Source: a virus (taxonomy: Duplodnaviria > Caudoviricetes). Taken from it: a stretch of DNA of 47,793 nt. Shown piece after piece: positions 18,858 to 28,020 of the stretch. The stretch lies in IMG/VR virus record IMGVR_UViG_3300044518_000068, positions 1 to 47,793 of that record; one strand, 5' to 3'. Below the pieces are notes generated by a model. The model worked only from the letters and a program-made list of their open reading frames with translations. It made no database searches and was not told the DNA's origin. Numbering within the stretch: the first letter of the stretch is position 1; every line of letters begins with the position of its first letter. The position numbers and the translations under genes are program-made.

Positions 18858-19565
18858 TTGCACACCCAGCACGCCCGCCACCACCTGCGCGTCGTCCGGC
18901 AGCACCTCGGCGACCTCGCCGCAGCCGTCCATTGCCCGCCCGCGCCCGTCTGGCCCCCGCGTCAACTCGCCGCCCACCTCCAGGCGCTGGCCGACACTGA
19001 GGCCCGGGCGGAGCGCCTGGAGCGTGGCGGCATCGCCCTCGTCGACACCCGGGCACCGCTCAACCTCGACGCCGCCGAGGCCCTGGACGTCGTCACCGAC
19101 CAGCTGCTCGACCTCGCCGACGAGATCGCCGCCGAGGTGCAGATCCGCTACGACGCAGGCGACCCGCGGCAGTGGCACTGGCGGTACTCCCACCCGCAGG
19201 GCCCGCACTGGGCCGCGGTCTACGTCGACGGCCGCCTGGAGGGCGAGGACCTGGACGGGTTCCTCGGCATGCCCGACTACCTGATCGCGCTCGCCGCGCA
19301 GGTCGCCGAGGACTGCTCGCGCCGCACCCTCACCGTGCTCGGCCTCGACCGCCGGCACACCGTCATCCCCGACCGCGGCTGCCCCAGCTGCGGCCAGGAG
19401 TTGACGCTGCACACCGGCCCGGACGAGCCGCCGTCGGTCACCTGCCCCGCCGGCCCCCACTGCCACGCCACCGTGCCCGTCGACCCGCGTACGGGCCGCC
19501 GCGTCTGGGACTGGCGCCACCTCCCCGCACTCCTCACCGCCCTCAACCAGCAGCACGCTGCCTGA
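18858..19565 (+). CDS. Zn-ribbon-containing phage protein, possible late-gene regulator
   Basis: GGAGG RBS before TTG; CPSC...C...C; position before late region. Confidence 0.65.
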   Translation: MHTQHARHHLRVVRQHLGDLAAAVHCPPAPVWPPRQLAAHLQALADTEARAERLERGGIALVDTRAPLNLDAAEALDVVTDQLLDLADEIAAEVQIRYDAGDPRQWHWRYSHPQGPHWAAVYVDGRLEGEDLDGFLGMPDYLIALAAQVAEDCSRRTLTVLGLDRRHTVIPDRGCPSCGQELTLHTGPDEPPSVTCPAGPHCHATVPVDPRTGRRVWDWRHLPALLTALNQQHAA

Positions 19566-19578
19566 ACCCGGAGCCCCC

Positions 19579-19701
19579 ATGAGCAGCAACACCGCAAGCG
19601 TGTGGATCATCGCGATCCTCGTCGGCGCCCCCGCCATCACCGCCATCTCCCGCCACTGGGCCGCCCGCAGCCAGCAGCAGCCGAAGGACGGCCAGAAGTG
19701 A
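19579..19701 (+). CDS. Small membrane peptide (not in ORF track)
   Basis: MSSNTASVWIIAILVGAPAITAIS...; GGAG RBS. Confidence 0.5.
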   Translation: MSSNTASVWIIAILVGAPAITAISRHWAARSQQQPKDGQK

Positions 19702-20219
19702 CCGACCAGCAGCAGCCCCAGCCCCGTCTCGCGGACGTCGGCCTGGTTCGCGTCAACGGCCCGGTCGGCCGACTCATCAGGATCGGCCAGTGGCTCCTCG
19801 GCGACGGGTTCAGCACCTGGGAGCACGCGTTCCTCGTGCTGCCCGGCGGCATGCTGATCGAGGCCCAGCCCGGCGGCGCCGTCATTTGCCCGCTCAGCGA
19901 GTACGCCGACAGGCACGTCGAGTACATGTCGCCGGCCGGGATGACCGACGGCCAGCGCCTGGCCGTGTCCGCCGCCGCGCTGCACTACGTCGGCGTCGGC
20001 TACTCGGCGCTCGACTACCTCGCCCTCGCCGCCCACCGACTGCACCTGCCGATTCCCGGCCTCCGCCGCTGGGTCGCCTCCTCCCGCCACATGATCTGCT
20101 CGCAGCTGGTCGACCAGGCGTACGCAGACGGCGGGTGCGCCCTGTTCTCCGACGGGCGCTGGCCCAGCTACGTCACCCCCGCCGACCTCTGGCGGCAGCT
20201 CGGAGGTGAGCAACGGTGA
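19698..20219 (+). CDS. Permuted papain-like NlpC/P60 (YiiX-type) enzyme
   Basis: N-terminal His (WEHAFLV), central Tyr, C-terminal Cys (MICSQLVDQAY), VTPADL. Confidence 0.78.
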   Translation: MTDQQQPQPRLADVGLVRVNGPVGRLIRIGQWLLGDGFSTWEHAFLVLPGGMLIEAQPGGAVICPLSEYADRHVEYMSPAGMTDGQRLAVSAAALHYVGVGYSALDYLALAAHRLHLPIPGLRRWVASSRHMICSQLVDQAYADGGCALFSDGRWPSYVTPADLWRQLGGEQR

Positions 20220-20425
20220 GGCGGGTCCTGTGGCTACTCCTGGCGGTGAACGTCGCCGCGGTTCTGGCCGACACGGTGGAGATGTTTGCCCACCACGTGG
20301 TCTGGCTGTGCCCGGCCATGGCCCTGGGCATCGCAGCCGGGATCAGGTGCGTTCGCCTGCTGCTACTCGCCCAGCCCCAGGACCGGAGTGCGGAGGCTAA
20401 CCCGCCTGCACAATCCACTGGTTGA
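20216..20425 (+). CDS. Small two-TM membrane protein
   Basis: Two hydrophobic segments. Confidence 0.5.
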   Translation: MRRVLWLLLAVNVAAVLADTVEMFAHHVVWLCPAMALGIAAGIRCVRLLLLAQPQDRSAEANPPAQSTG

Positions 20426-20521
20426 CACCCGTCACGGTAGGCTGACGCCCAACAATAGAACGGGCCCGCCAAGGAGACTCGAACTCTCCCGGCGGGCCCT
20501 GACCACGGAGGACTCGACTCC

Positions 20522-21280
20522 ATGGCTACCGCCAACCCTACCGTCGGCCTGCCCGACCGCGCCCGCGCCGTCCAGGCGCTCGCCGTCGGCGCCGCCCTCG
20601 TCACCATCGCCCTCACCGCCGCCGCGTTCTGGCTCTCCTACGAGTCACTGCACCAACTCGCCGCAGGGCACCACCTCGCTGGGGCCCGCGCCTGGGCCTG
20701 GCCCGCCGCGATCGATGCGTTCGTCGTCGTCGGTGAACTGCTCGTCCTCCGGAGCGCGTTGCTCGGTCGCCGTGACTGGCTCGCCGTCGTGCTGACCGCC
20801 ACTGGGAGCGCCGGCAGCATCGCGCTCAACGTCGTCTCGGTCGGCGCCCGGGTCGACCTGGTGACCCAGATCGTCGCCGCCGTCCCGCCTGTGGCGTCAC
20901 TGCTCGCGTTCACCGCGCTCATGCGGCAGTTGCACCGCGCGCTCGCCGGCCGCCCCGTGCCGTCCACCCCGGGCCCGGAGCGGCCGACCGCGCGCCGCGC
21001 CGCCGAGCAACTGACGCCCGCCATCCCGCCCCGGCCAAGCACCCCGCCAGCGCTCCCGCCGATCGCCTACGCTCTGCCCGGCTGTGAGACCATCCGCTCC
21101 CTGTACGGCCCATACCGACCCGGCACCGCCACCATGCGGGCCGCACTCCAGGCGGCTGGCTACGCCGGGCCTCTCAGCGATGGCCACCTGCGCGGCAAAA
21201 TGCGCGCCGAGGTTGAGGGCCACGAACCGTGGCTCGCCAGCCTGCCCGCGGAACCCACCCGGCTGACCACCGTTGCCTGA
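20522..21280 (+). CDS. DUF2637-like multi-TM protein
   Basis: AFWLSYESLHQLA...AWAWPAAIDAF...SIALNV...AAVPPV. Confidence 0.8.
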   Translation: MATANPTVGLPDRARAVQALAVGAALVTIALTAAAFWLSYESLHQLAAGHHLAGARAWAWPAAIDAFVVVGELLVLRSALLGRRDWLAVVLTATGSAGSIALNVVSVGARVDLVTQIVAAVPPVASLLAFTALMRQLHRALAGRPVPSTPGPERPTARRAAEQLTPAIPPRPSTPPALPPIAYALPGCETIRSLYGPYRPGTATMRAALQAAGYAGPLSDGHLRGKMRAEVEGHEPWLASLPAEPTRLTTVA

Positions 21281-21507
21281 GGGAGGTGAAATGCCCTACA
21301 GCGTCTGTGAGAAGTGCGGACACAGCCTCCGCATCGAGCCGGCCCGGCCCGGTGTCCCGGCGGTACGCATCCATGTTGACAGTCCAAACGCTGGATCCAC
21401 CGACTGCAAGTAGAAGACAGGCCTGGCGCCCGGGGTGCCCCGGGCGCCGACGGCCCGAGCACCCTGGCAACCGGCCCGAGTGGGCCCCACCACCCGAGGA
21501 ACACGCT

Positions 21508-22059
21508 GTGACGTGGCTCCAGTTCATCGCCGACATCAAGTGGGCAGTCGTGGCCCTGATCGCGCTGGCCGTGGCCAGCCGCAAGCTCCGACGTGTCAGC
21601 CCGGAGACCCGGCAGGCCATGCGGGACTCCCTACTCACCCGCAAGCTGCGCTTCAAGGCCGGCGATCTCGAAGCTGAGCTGGGCGAGAAGCAGCAGCTCG
21701 CCGATGCCGTCTCGGCCGCCGCCGCCAGTGACGAGGAGCTCCAGGTCCAGATCCAGCAGATCACCAATGGGGAGCCGAGCCCTGAGGAGGTGCAGCAGGT
21801 TCGGCGCAGTGCGATCGACGAGATCATTCGCCAGACGGTGCACCTGACATGGGAGCTCAGGGCCTTCGACTTCGCCCTACCTCCGATCCCACATGTCGAG
21901 TGGGAGGAGGACCGCCCTCGGGTCACGTACGGTGCGGACGCCGACCGCACCCGGGCCCTGATGCTGGCGGCGGTCCGGAAGCATCCTCAGCTCAGCGAGC
22001 TGGAGCACAGGTGGATGGAACGCCTGCTGCACTCGAACGGCAGCGGTGGCCAGTCGTGA
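21508..22059 (+). CDS. Membrane-anchored hypothetical protein (moron-like)
   Basis: GAGGA RBS; N-terminal TM; own 230-bp upstream region containing TTGACA. Confidence 0.7.
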   Translation: MTWLQFIADIKWAVVALIALAVASRKLRRVSPETRQAMRDSLLTRKLRFKAGDLEAELGEKQQLADAVSAAAASDEELQVQIQQITNGEPSPEEVQQVRRSAIDEIIRQTVHLTWELRAFDFALPPIPHVEWEEDRPRVTYGADADRTRALMLAAVRKHPQLSELEHRWMERLLHSNGSGGQS

Positions 22060-22088
22060 TCACGGGTGCCGCATCCGGATCCTATGGC

Positions 22089-22118
22089 TTGACCAAATCG
22101 TGATCTGAGCCCCATACT
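22089..22118 (+). promoter_or_regulatory. Putative late promoter
   Basis: TTGACC-N18-CATACT upstream of the packaging operon. Confidence 0.55.
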
Positions 22119-22299
22119 CATCAGCGGGTGTTCAGCGTGCCCAAAAACCGCTGACCCCCGTCGACTTCGGCCCCGCCACCATCCCCCCGGTGCGCGGGGC
22201 CGACTCATGCCCGGGCGCGGAACGCTGGCACGCCTCCCCACCCTCCCTCTGGAGTGCCCGCCCAGTACCCGCGCCCGCACCACCTGAGCGGAGACCCCC

Positions 22300-22488
22300 G
22301 TGACGCTCACTCAGCTCGCCGCCGTCGTTGGCCCGCTCGTCCTGCTCGTCACCCTCGGCGTCCGCGCCGCGCTCTGGCGGGCCCGCGTCGATCAGCGCCT
22401 CATTGAGTACGACCAAGCGCTCCACGACATCGGCACCGCCCTCAATCCGCCCTCACACCATGGAGAAGACCATGTCGAAGATCGTTGA
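22300..22488 (+). CDS. Small membrane protein
   Basis: GGAG RBS; N-terminal TM. Confidence 0.5.
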   Translation: MTLTQLAAVVGPLVLLVTLGVRAALWRARVDQRLIEYDQALHDIGTALNPPSHHGEDHVEDR

Positions 22489-22753
22489 CGAGCTGCACGC
22501 CATCGCCGAGGAGCTGCGTGCCGAGGAGCACCGCCTCGGCGATCGGCTGCACGCTGCTCTCGCGCACCTCGTTGGTGACGGCAATGAGCTGGCCACCGAG
22601 GCTGGTGCTGACGCCCGTCACATCGCGGCCGACGCCGCCCCCGTCGTCACCGAGACCGAGCACGACGCCGAGCACCTCGCCACCGAGGCCGCCGCCGACA
22701 CCACCACCGCCGTCGAGCAGGCCGTCCAGCCCCCGGCGGCCACCACCGCCTGA
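22472..22753 (+). CDS. Acidic Ala/His-rich hypothetical protein
   Basis: GGAGA RBS; coupled to terminase small subunit. Confidence 0.7.
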   Translation: MSKIVDELHAIAEELRAEEHRLGDRLHAALAHLVGDGNELATEAGADARHIAADAAPVVTETEHDAEHLATEAAADTTTAVEQAVQPPAATTA

Positions 22754-23334
22754 TGGGCCGCCGGCCGCCGAACCGGGACATCGCCCACCAGCTGCCGATC
22801 ATCGAACGTCGGCGCCGCGCCGCCGAGATGAAGATCGCCGGGCACACGTGGGAGCACATCTCCGACGAACTCGGCTACGGCGGCCGGGCTAACGCCTACA
22901 ACGACGTGATGCGCGGGCTCCAGAAGGCCGTCGCCGAACTGGCGATCCCGCTGGAGGAGTACCGCCAGCTCGAACTCGACCGGCTGGACGCCGAACTGGT
23001 CCGGCTCGGCCACATCCAGGAGACGATCGAGGCGATCCTGGAGCGCGAGCACGTCACCATCCAGGGCGGCCGCGTGGTGCTGCTGAACGACTGCCCAGTG
23101 CCGGACCCCGGGCCGGTCCTGGCGGCGGCGGACCGGCTGATCCGGCTTGAGGATGCGCGGCGCCGGAACGCTGAGCGTCGCGCGAAGTTGCTCGGCCTGG
23201 ACGCGCCCACCAAGACCGAGGGGGTGCTGACGCTGGATGCGATCGACCAGCAACTCCAGCAGCTCAACGGCGAACTCGCTGCTCTTGAAGCTGAAGATCC
23301 AGAAACTCCAGGAGCTGAAGGACCGGAGGGCTGA
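22753..23334 (+). CDS. terS: Terminase small subunit
   Basis: HTH (GHTWEHISDELGY), LELDRLD, RRAKLLGLDAP; precedes TerL. Confidence 0.8.
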   Translation: MGRRPPNRDIAHQLPIIERRRRAAEMKIAGHTWEHISDELGYGGRANAYNDVMRGLQKAVAELAIPLEEYRQLELDRLDAELVRLGHIQETIEAILEREHVTIQGGRVVLLNDCPVPDPGPVLAAADRLIRLEDARRRNAERRAKLLGLDAPTKTEGVLTLDAIDQQLQQLNGELAALEAEDPETPGAEGPEG

Positions 23335-24838
23335 ACTCCAGGCCCGGCGCGCTGAACAGCTACGCCGGGTCGATGTGTTCGCCCGCCTCGGCTACCACCC
23401 CCATCAGCAGCAACGCGAGTTCCACGGCTCGACCGAGGACGACGTGCTGTACGGCGGGGCGGCCGGCGGGGGAAAATCCGTGGCCATCGTCATGGAAGGC
23501 CTCCGGGCCTGCGTTCGGCATCCCGGGATCCGGGTGCTGCTGATCCGCCGTACGTACGACGAGCTGGCCGAGTCGGTGTTCCCGGTGCTCGCGAAGTTCA
23601 GCTACGCGGGCGAGCTGGGCGCCCGCTGGAACGGCACCGAGCGGGAGTTGAGGTTCCCGAACGGCTCCCTGTTCCGGTTCCGGTACATGGAGAACCTTGC
23701 CGACGCCTCGCGCCGGCAGGGTGGCGAGTACCAGCTGCTGCTCGTGGACGAGACCACGCTCATGCCGCCGGGTGTGGTCGACATTCTCAAGTTCGAGCGG
23801 CTCCGGTCTGGCGGCAACGTGCCGGTCATCGGGACCCGCTCCACCTGCAACCCCGGCGGCCCGTCACACGCGCAGGTGAAGGCCCGCTACATCGACGGCA
23901 CCGCGCACGGTACGGACGTGGTGGCTGACGACCAGGGCCTCACCGTGCGGTTCGTCCAGGCGAAGGCCACCGACAACCCGCACCTGGACGGCTCGTACCA
24001 TCGCCGGCTGAACTCGATCCCGGACCCGCAGCGGCGCGCCGCGATGCGCGACGGCGACTGGGACCAGTTCGCCGGGATGATGTTCCCAGAGTGGCGTCGT
24101 GAACGCCACACGATGGAACCGATCACCTTGCCCGCCGAGTGGCGGCGTTACAACGGCATCGACTGGGGCTTCAGCGCGCCATGGTGCGTGCTGTGGGCCG
24201 CAGTCGACGAGGACAGCCGCGTCTACGTCTACCGGGAGATCTACAAGACCCAGGTCGGCGAGGCAGACCAGGCACGGCAGGTCCTCGCCGCCGAGGCCGA
24301 CGAGCTGATCGGCCCCCGGTACGCTGACGACGCCATGTGGGCCACCCGCGGCGACGCCCGACCGATCGCCTCGATCTACGCAGAGAACGGGGTCCCGCTC
24401 ACGCCGGCTGGCAAGGGCGGCCGGGTGCCGGGCTGGCAGCGGGTGCACTCCTACCTCGGTGAGGCGCCCGCCTGTGCGCACCACCGCGAACTCGGGTGGG
24501 CGACCTGCCCGCTTCTGCACGTGTTCACGACCTGTGTGGAGCTGATCCGCACCTTGCCGGCACTGCCGCACGCGCAGATCGGCGACCCGGAGGACGCGGA
24601 CAGCAAGGCCGAAGACCACGCGCCGGACAGCCTGCGCTACCTGCTGATCAACCTGGGTGGCGGTCCGCGCTTCCCGGACGTCGGCGGCGCGCCGGAGGCC
24701 GAGGTCGAGCAGGAGCTGAAGCAGCCCTTTGTCGGACGCTACGCAGTCGCCGCCAGCCCAGACGATCCCGATCCCGACGACGATGTGCCCGAGCGTGGGG
24801 CGGTGAGGAGGTCACCATGGGCCGTTGGTCCCGACTGA
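23237..24838 (+). CDS. terL: Terminase large subunit (start uncertain)
   Basis: YGGAAGGGKS Walker A, LLVDE Walker B, TCNPGG, GIDWG, DHAPDSLRY. Confidence 0.95.
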   Translation: MRSTSNSSSSTANSLLLKLKIQKLQELKDRRAELQARRAEQLRRVDVFARLGYHPHQQQREFHGSTEDDVLYGGAAGGGKSVAIVMEGLRACVRHPGIRVLLIRRTYDELAESVFPVLAKFSYAGELGARWNGTERELRFPNGSLFRFRYMENLADASRRQGGEYQLLLVDETTLMPPGVVDILKFERLRSGGNVPVIGTRSTCNPGGPSHAQVKARYIDGTAHGTDVVADDQGLTVRFVQAKATDNPHLDGSYHRRLNSIPDPQRRAAMRDGDWDQFAGMMFPEWRRERHTMEPITLPAEWRRYNGIDWGFSAPWCVLWAAVDEDSRVYVYREIYKTQVGEADQARQVLAAEADELIGPRYADDAMWATRGDARPIASIYAENGVPLTPAGKGGRVPGWQRVHSYLGEAPACAHHRELGWATCPLLHVFTTCVELIRTLPALPHAQIGDPEDADSKAEDHAPDSLRYLLINLGGGPRFPDVGGAPEAEVEQELKQPFVGRYAVAASPDDPDPDDDVPERGAVRRSPWAVGPD

Positions 24839-26406
24839 CCCGCCGCCAGAAGTCCATCATCGAGGCCGTCATCCCCGTCACGACGGCCCCCGCCGGGCCG
24901 ACACCGGCTCAGGCCGCGCGCCGTGGCTACGAGTACGGCATCCCGCGCGGCGGCACCACCGAGTACAACCAGGGCGGCGGCGACCTCGGGTCCGACCGGC
25001 GCGAACTCCTTGAGCAGCTCTACCAGGTGTACGCCACCTGCACCTGGGCCAGCGCCTGCGTGGACGCCATCGCCCGCACGGTAACGGCCGGCGGCTTGTA
25101 CATCGACTGGTCGCAGGACGACCAGGAGGGCGATCGCAAGGCGCCGGCCCGGCCGCCGGAGGTCGTCCGGCTGCAGCAGCTGATCGACTACTGCAACCCC
25201 TACGAGGACATGCAGCAGCTGTTGCGCGGCCTAGTGACGGACTTGCAGGTCGCGGCCGACGCGTACCTGGAAGTCGTTTGGTTCCTCGGCGAGCCGATCG
25301 CGCTCTACTCGCTGGACGCGGCGAGCATGCGGATCATCTCCGACCCGCACGGTGTGGTGACCAAGTACGTCCAGATCACGGACGACGGGCAGCGGGCCGA
25401 GTTCGAGCCGGACGAGATCATCCACATCAGCATGGACACCCCGAGGTCGGGCTTGCATGGCACCTCGCCGACCGAGAAGGCGTTGCTGCCGATCACCACG
25501 TGGCTTTACGCATCCGGCCTGCTGAAAGAGACCCTGCGCAAGGGCGATCCGCCCACGTTGCACGTGGACTTCCCCGAGTCCATGAGCGAGGGCGCGATCA
25601 AACGGTGGCTCAGCCAGTTTCGGGTGCGGTTCCTCGGGCCGAAGAACAAGGGCGAGCCGGTCGTCACGGTCGGCGGCGGCAAGGTCACCGAGTTGCAGCC
25701 GTCCAAGATTCCCGACCTGCACGCCAGCAAGAGCGTGTCCCGGGACGAGATCCTGTCCGAGTACGGCGTCCCGCCGGCCCTCGTCGGCGTGATCGAGTCC
25801 GGGAACCTCGGCGGGGGCACCGGCGACAGCCAGCGCAAGACGTTCCTGTCCAACACGTGCGCGCCGGTCGCCGCACTGATCCTGGAAAAGCTCAACTTCC
25901 ACCTCACCCGCCGCGGCTTCGGCATCGACGGGTGGACGCTGAAGCTCCGCGAGATCGACATGCGCGACAGCCTGACGATCGAGCAGATCCGGGACCTACG
26001 GATCCGCAACGGCCTCTGGCTCCTCAATCGCGGCCGGGCCGACATCGGCGAGCCTCCGGTGGACGGCGGCGACGACGCGGTGCTGATCGACCGCCAGAAC
26101 CTGGTCCTCTGGAAGGACATCGCGATCATGTCGAAGGCGATGCTGGCCAAGACCGCCGCGCCAGGACTCAGCGCGGGCGCCCAGATCGACGGAATCGACA
26201 TGAAACCGGAGCCCGAGCCAGCCCCTGTGCCGCCGGAGTTGGCCGCGCACGCCGCCGCGATGGCCGCCGGTCAACAGCCGCCGGCACCGCCCGGGAAGAC
26301 CGCTGAGGCCTACGACTGGCGGACCTACTACGAGGACGACCCGGACGGGGAGGACGAGCCGAATGACTTCGCCGCCCGACTCCGGGCTGCCCTCGCAGCC
26401 GCCTGA
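24817..26406 (+). CDS. Portal protein
   Basis: ACVDAIARTV, DEIIHI...HGTSP, EILSEYGVPPALVG; follows TerL. Confidence 0.92.
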   Translation: MGRWSRLTRRQKSIIEAVIPVTTAPAGPTPAQAARRGYEYGIPRGGTTEYNQGGGDLGSDRRELLEQLYQVYATCTWASACVDAIARTVTAGGLYIDWSQDDQEGDRKAPARPPEVVRLQQLIDYCNPYEDMQQLLRGLVTDLQVAADAYLEVVWFLGEPIALYSLDAASMRIISDPHGVVTKYVQITDDGQRAEFEPDEIIHISMDTPRSGLHGTSPTEKALLPITTWLYASGLLKETLRKGDPPTLHVDFPESMSEGAIKRWLSQFRVRFLGPKNKGEPVVTVGGGKVTELQPSKIPDLHASKSVSRDEILSEYGVPPALVGVIESGNLGGGTGDSQRKTFLSNTCAPVAALILEKLNFHLTRRGFGIDGWTLKLREIDMRDSLTIEQIRDLRIRNGLWLLNRGRADIGEPPVDGGDDAVLIDRQNLVLWKDIAIMSKAMLAKTAAPGLSAGAQIDGIDMKPEPEPAPVPPELAAHAAAMAAGQQPPAPPGKTAEAYDWRTYYEDDPDGEDEPNDFAARLRAALAAA

Positions 26407-26532
26407 CCCGCCGGGGCCGACCGGCGACCAGCCGGAGCCGCCCCGCGAAGGACCCAAGCACGCCCCAGGCGGCGCGCTTACCACGGCCGGCGCGTGGCCG
26501 CTCATCCGCAAGCAGATCTTCTGAGGAGCACC

Positions 26533-26793
26533 ATGCAGCCCACCATCGGACGCATCGTTCACTACCGGCTCAGCGACGACGACGTGGCCCGGGCCCGTGC
26601 CCTGCCGACGATCCACATCAACCCGGTGACCGCCGGCAACACCTACGCGGCCGTGGTGGTGCGCGTCTTCGACACTGCCACCAACGGCGAGGTCAACCTC
26701 CAGGTGCTCCTCGACGGACAGGCCCAGCTCTGGGCCACCAGCGCCAAGCCCGGCGACGGCCCGGGCACCTGGTCGTGGCCGCCCCGGGTGTGA
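26533..26793 (+). CDS. Phage hypothetical protein
   Basis: GAGGAG RBS; PTIGRIVHY...VNLQVLLDG...GTWSWPPRV. Confidence 0.8.
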   Translation: MQPTIGRIVHYRLSDDDVARARALPTIHINPVTAGNTYAAVVVRVFDTATNGEVNLQVLLDGQAQLWATSAKPGDGPGTWSWPPRV

Positions 26794-27581
26794 CCGGCCG
26801 GGCGCCGACCCTCCAACTCGGCCGGCTCACCGGCGTCTGGGCGGCCGTCTACCGGCGCCGGGACCAGCTGGAGCGGCAGGCGGCCGACCAGGTGCTCGCC
26901 GTGTGGCAAGAGTTGGCCGCCGACCTGGACCTGACGGCCGTCATGACGGCCCTGCGGCAGCAGGTCGCCCCGGCTGAGAGAAGCCCGGCGGCTGACCGGC
27001 GCCGGCACGTGCTGCAGGCCACCGGCGCCGCTGTGCTCGCCCAACTGTCCCGGCTGACCAGCCGTCTGGCGTGGCCCCGGCTGATTGCCGCGCTCACCGC
27101 CGCGATGGGCCGAGGCCGCTCGGCCGGCGCCCGGGCGGGGCACGCGGTCGCCACCGACGACGGGGGTGAACTCGGCGACGACGAGGACGACGTTGGTGAC
27201 GTGGACGTGGACCTCGCCGCCGCCTATACCGTCACCGCCGCCGCCCTACGCGGCACCGCACAGACCATCGCCCGAGCCCTGCTCACTGCGGCCGAGCGGG
27301 GCGACGATGAGCGGGCGATGCTCGACCAGGTCGCGGCCGTCATCGCCGACGGCGCGGCCTGGTCCACGAGCATCGTCACCGCAGTGGGCGCCGCCTGGAC
27401 CGACGGCATGGCGGACGCCTACCAGCAGCGCAACGTACAGCAATTGAGCGTCGTGACCGTCGGCGACGGCCGCGTCTGCCCGGTCTGCGTCAACGCGGAG
27501 GACGCCAGTCCCTACCCGGCCGCGACCGCGCCCCGGCCACCCCTACACCCTCTCTGCCGCTGCACGTTGCAGCCCGCCTGA
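26790..27581 (+). CDS. Minor head protein (Mu gpF/SPP1 gp7-like)
   Basis: DGRVCPVC...PPLHPLCRC C-terminal motif. Confidence 0.85.
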   Translation: MTGRAPTLQLGRLTGVWAAVYRRRDQLERQAADQVLAVWQELAADLDLTAVMTALRQQVAPAERSPAADRRRHVLQATGAAVLAQLSRLTSRLAWPRLIAALTAAMGRGRSAGARAGHAVATDDGGELGDDEDDVGDVDVDLAAAYTVTAAALRGTAQTIARALLTAAERGDDERAMLDQVAAVIADGAAWSTSIVTAVGAAWTDGMADAYQQRNVQQLSVVTVGDGRVCPVCVNAEDASPYPAATAPRPPLHPLCRCTLQPA

Positions 27582-27593
27582 TCGGAGGCCGAG

Positions 27594-28010
27594 TTGGCTA
27601 AAGCACCGCTCGTCACGCTTGCCGACGACAGCGGCAACTCGATCCCGACCCTGCGGGCCAGCGCCGGGGCAGCCGCCTACGGGCAGACGCTGTACCAGCC
27701 GACCGGCAACCCGACGCTGTCCACCACGGCCGCGACCACGGTGGCGCTCTTCACCGTGCCGGCCGGGCAGACCTTCTACCTCACCGACCTGTACGTCGGT
27801 TCCAGTTCGGCCTCGCCCTTTCTAGTCACCGTGGCCGCGAACGGCACGCCGATCTTCTACGGCTACTGCAAGGGCGACACCGGCCCGATCGACCTGGCGG
27901 GGCTGGAGACTCAACCCCAGGCACCTGGCGGCTCGCAGGTCTCCATCGTCCTCGGTCAGGTCGCAGCCGCTACGACCGGCGCCTACTACCTCGGCGGGTT
28001 CAGCCAGTAA
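27594..28010 (+). CDS. Beta-rich putative virion protein
   Basis: GGAGG RBS; Thr/Gly/Ala-rich; within head module. Confidence 0.65.
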   Translation: MAKAPLVTLADDSGNSIPTLRASAGAAAYGQTLYQPTGNPTLSTTAATTVALFTVPAGQTFYLTDLYVGSSSASPFLVTVAANGTPIFYGYCKGDTGPIDLAGLETQPQAPGGSQVSIVLGQVAAATTGAYYLGGFSQ

Positions 28011-28020
28011 GGAGGGCCTG

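Noticed and set aside
20462-20499. Minus-strand GGAGA-GTTCGAG-TCTCC resembling a tRNA T-arm or att remnant
   Set aside because: No D or anticodon arms; it is the tip of a simple long hairpin in mid-prophage
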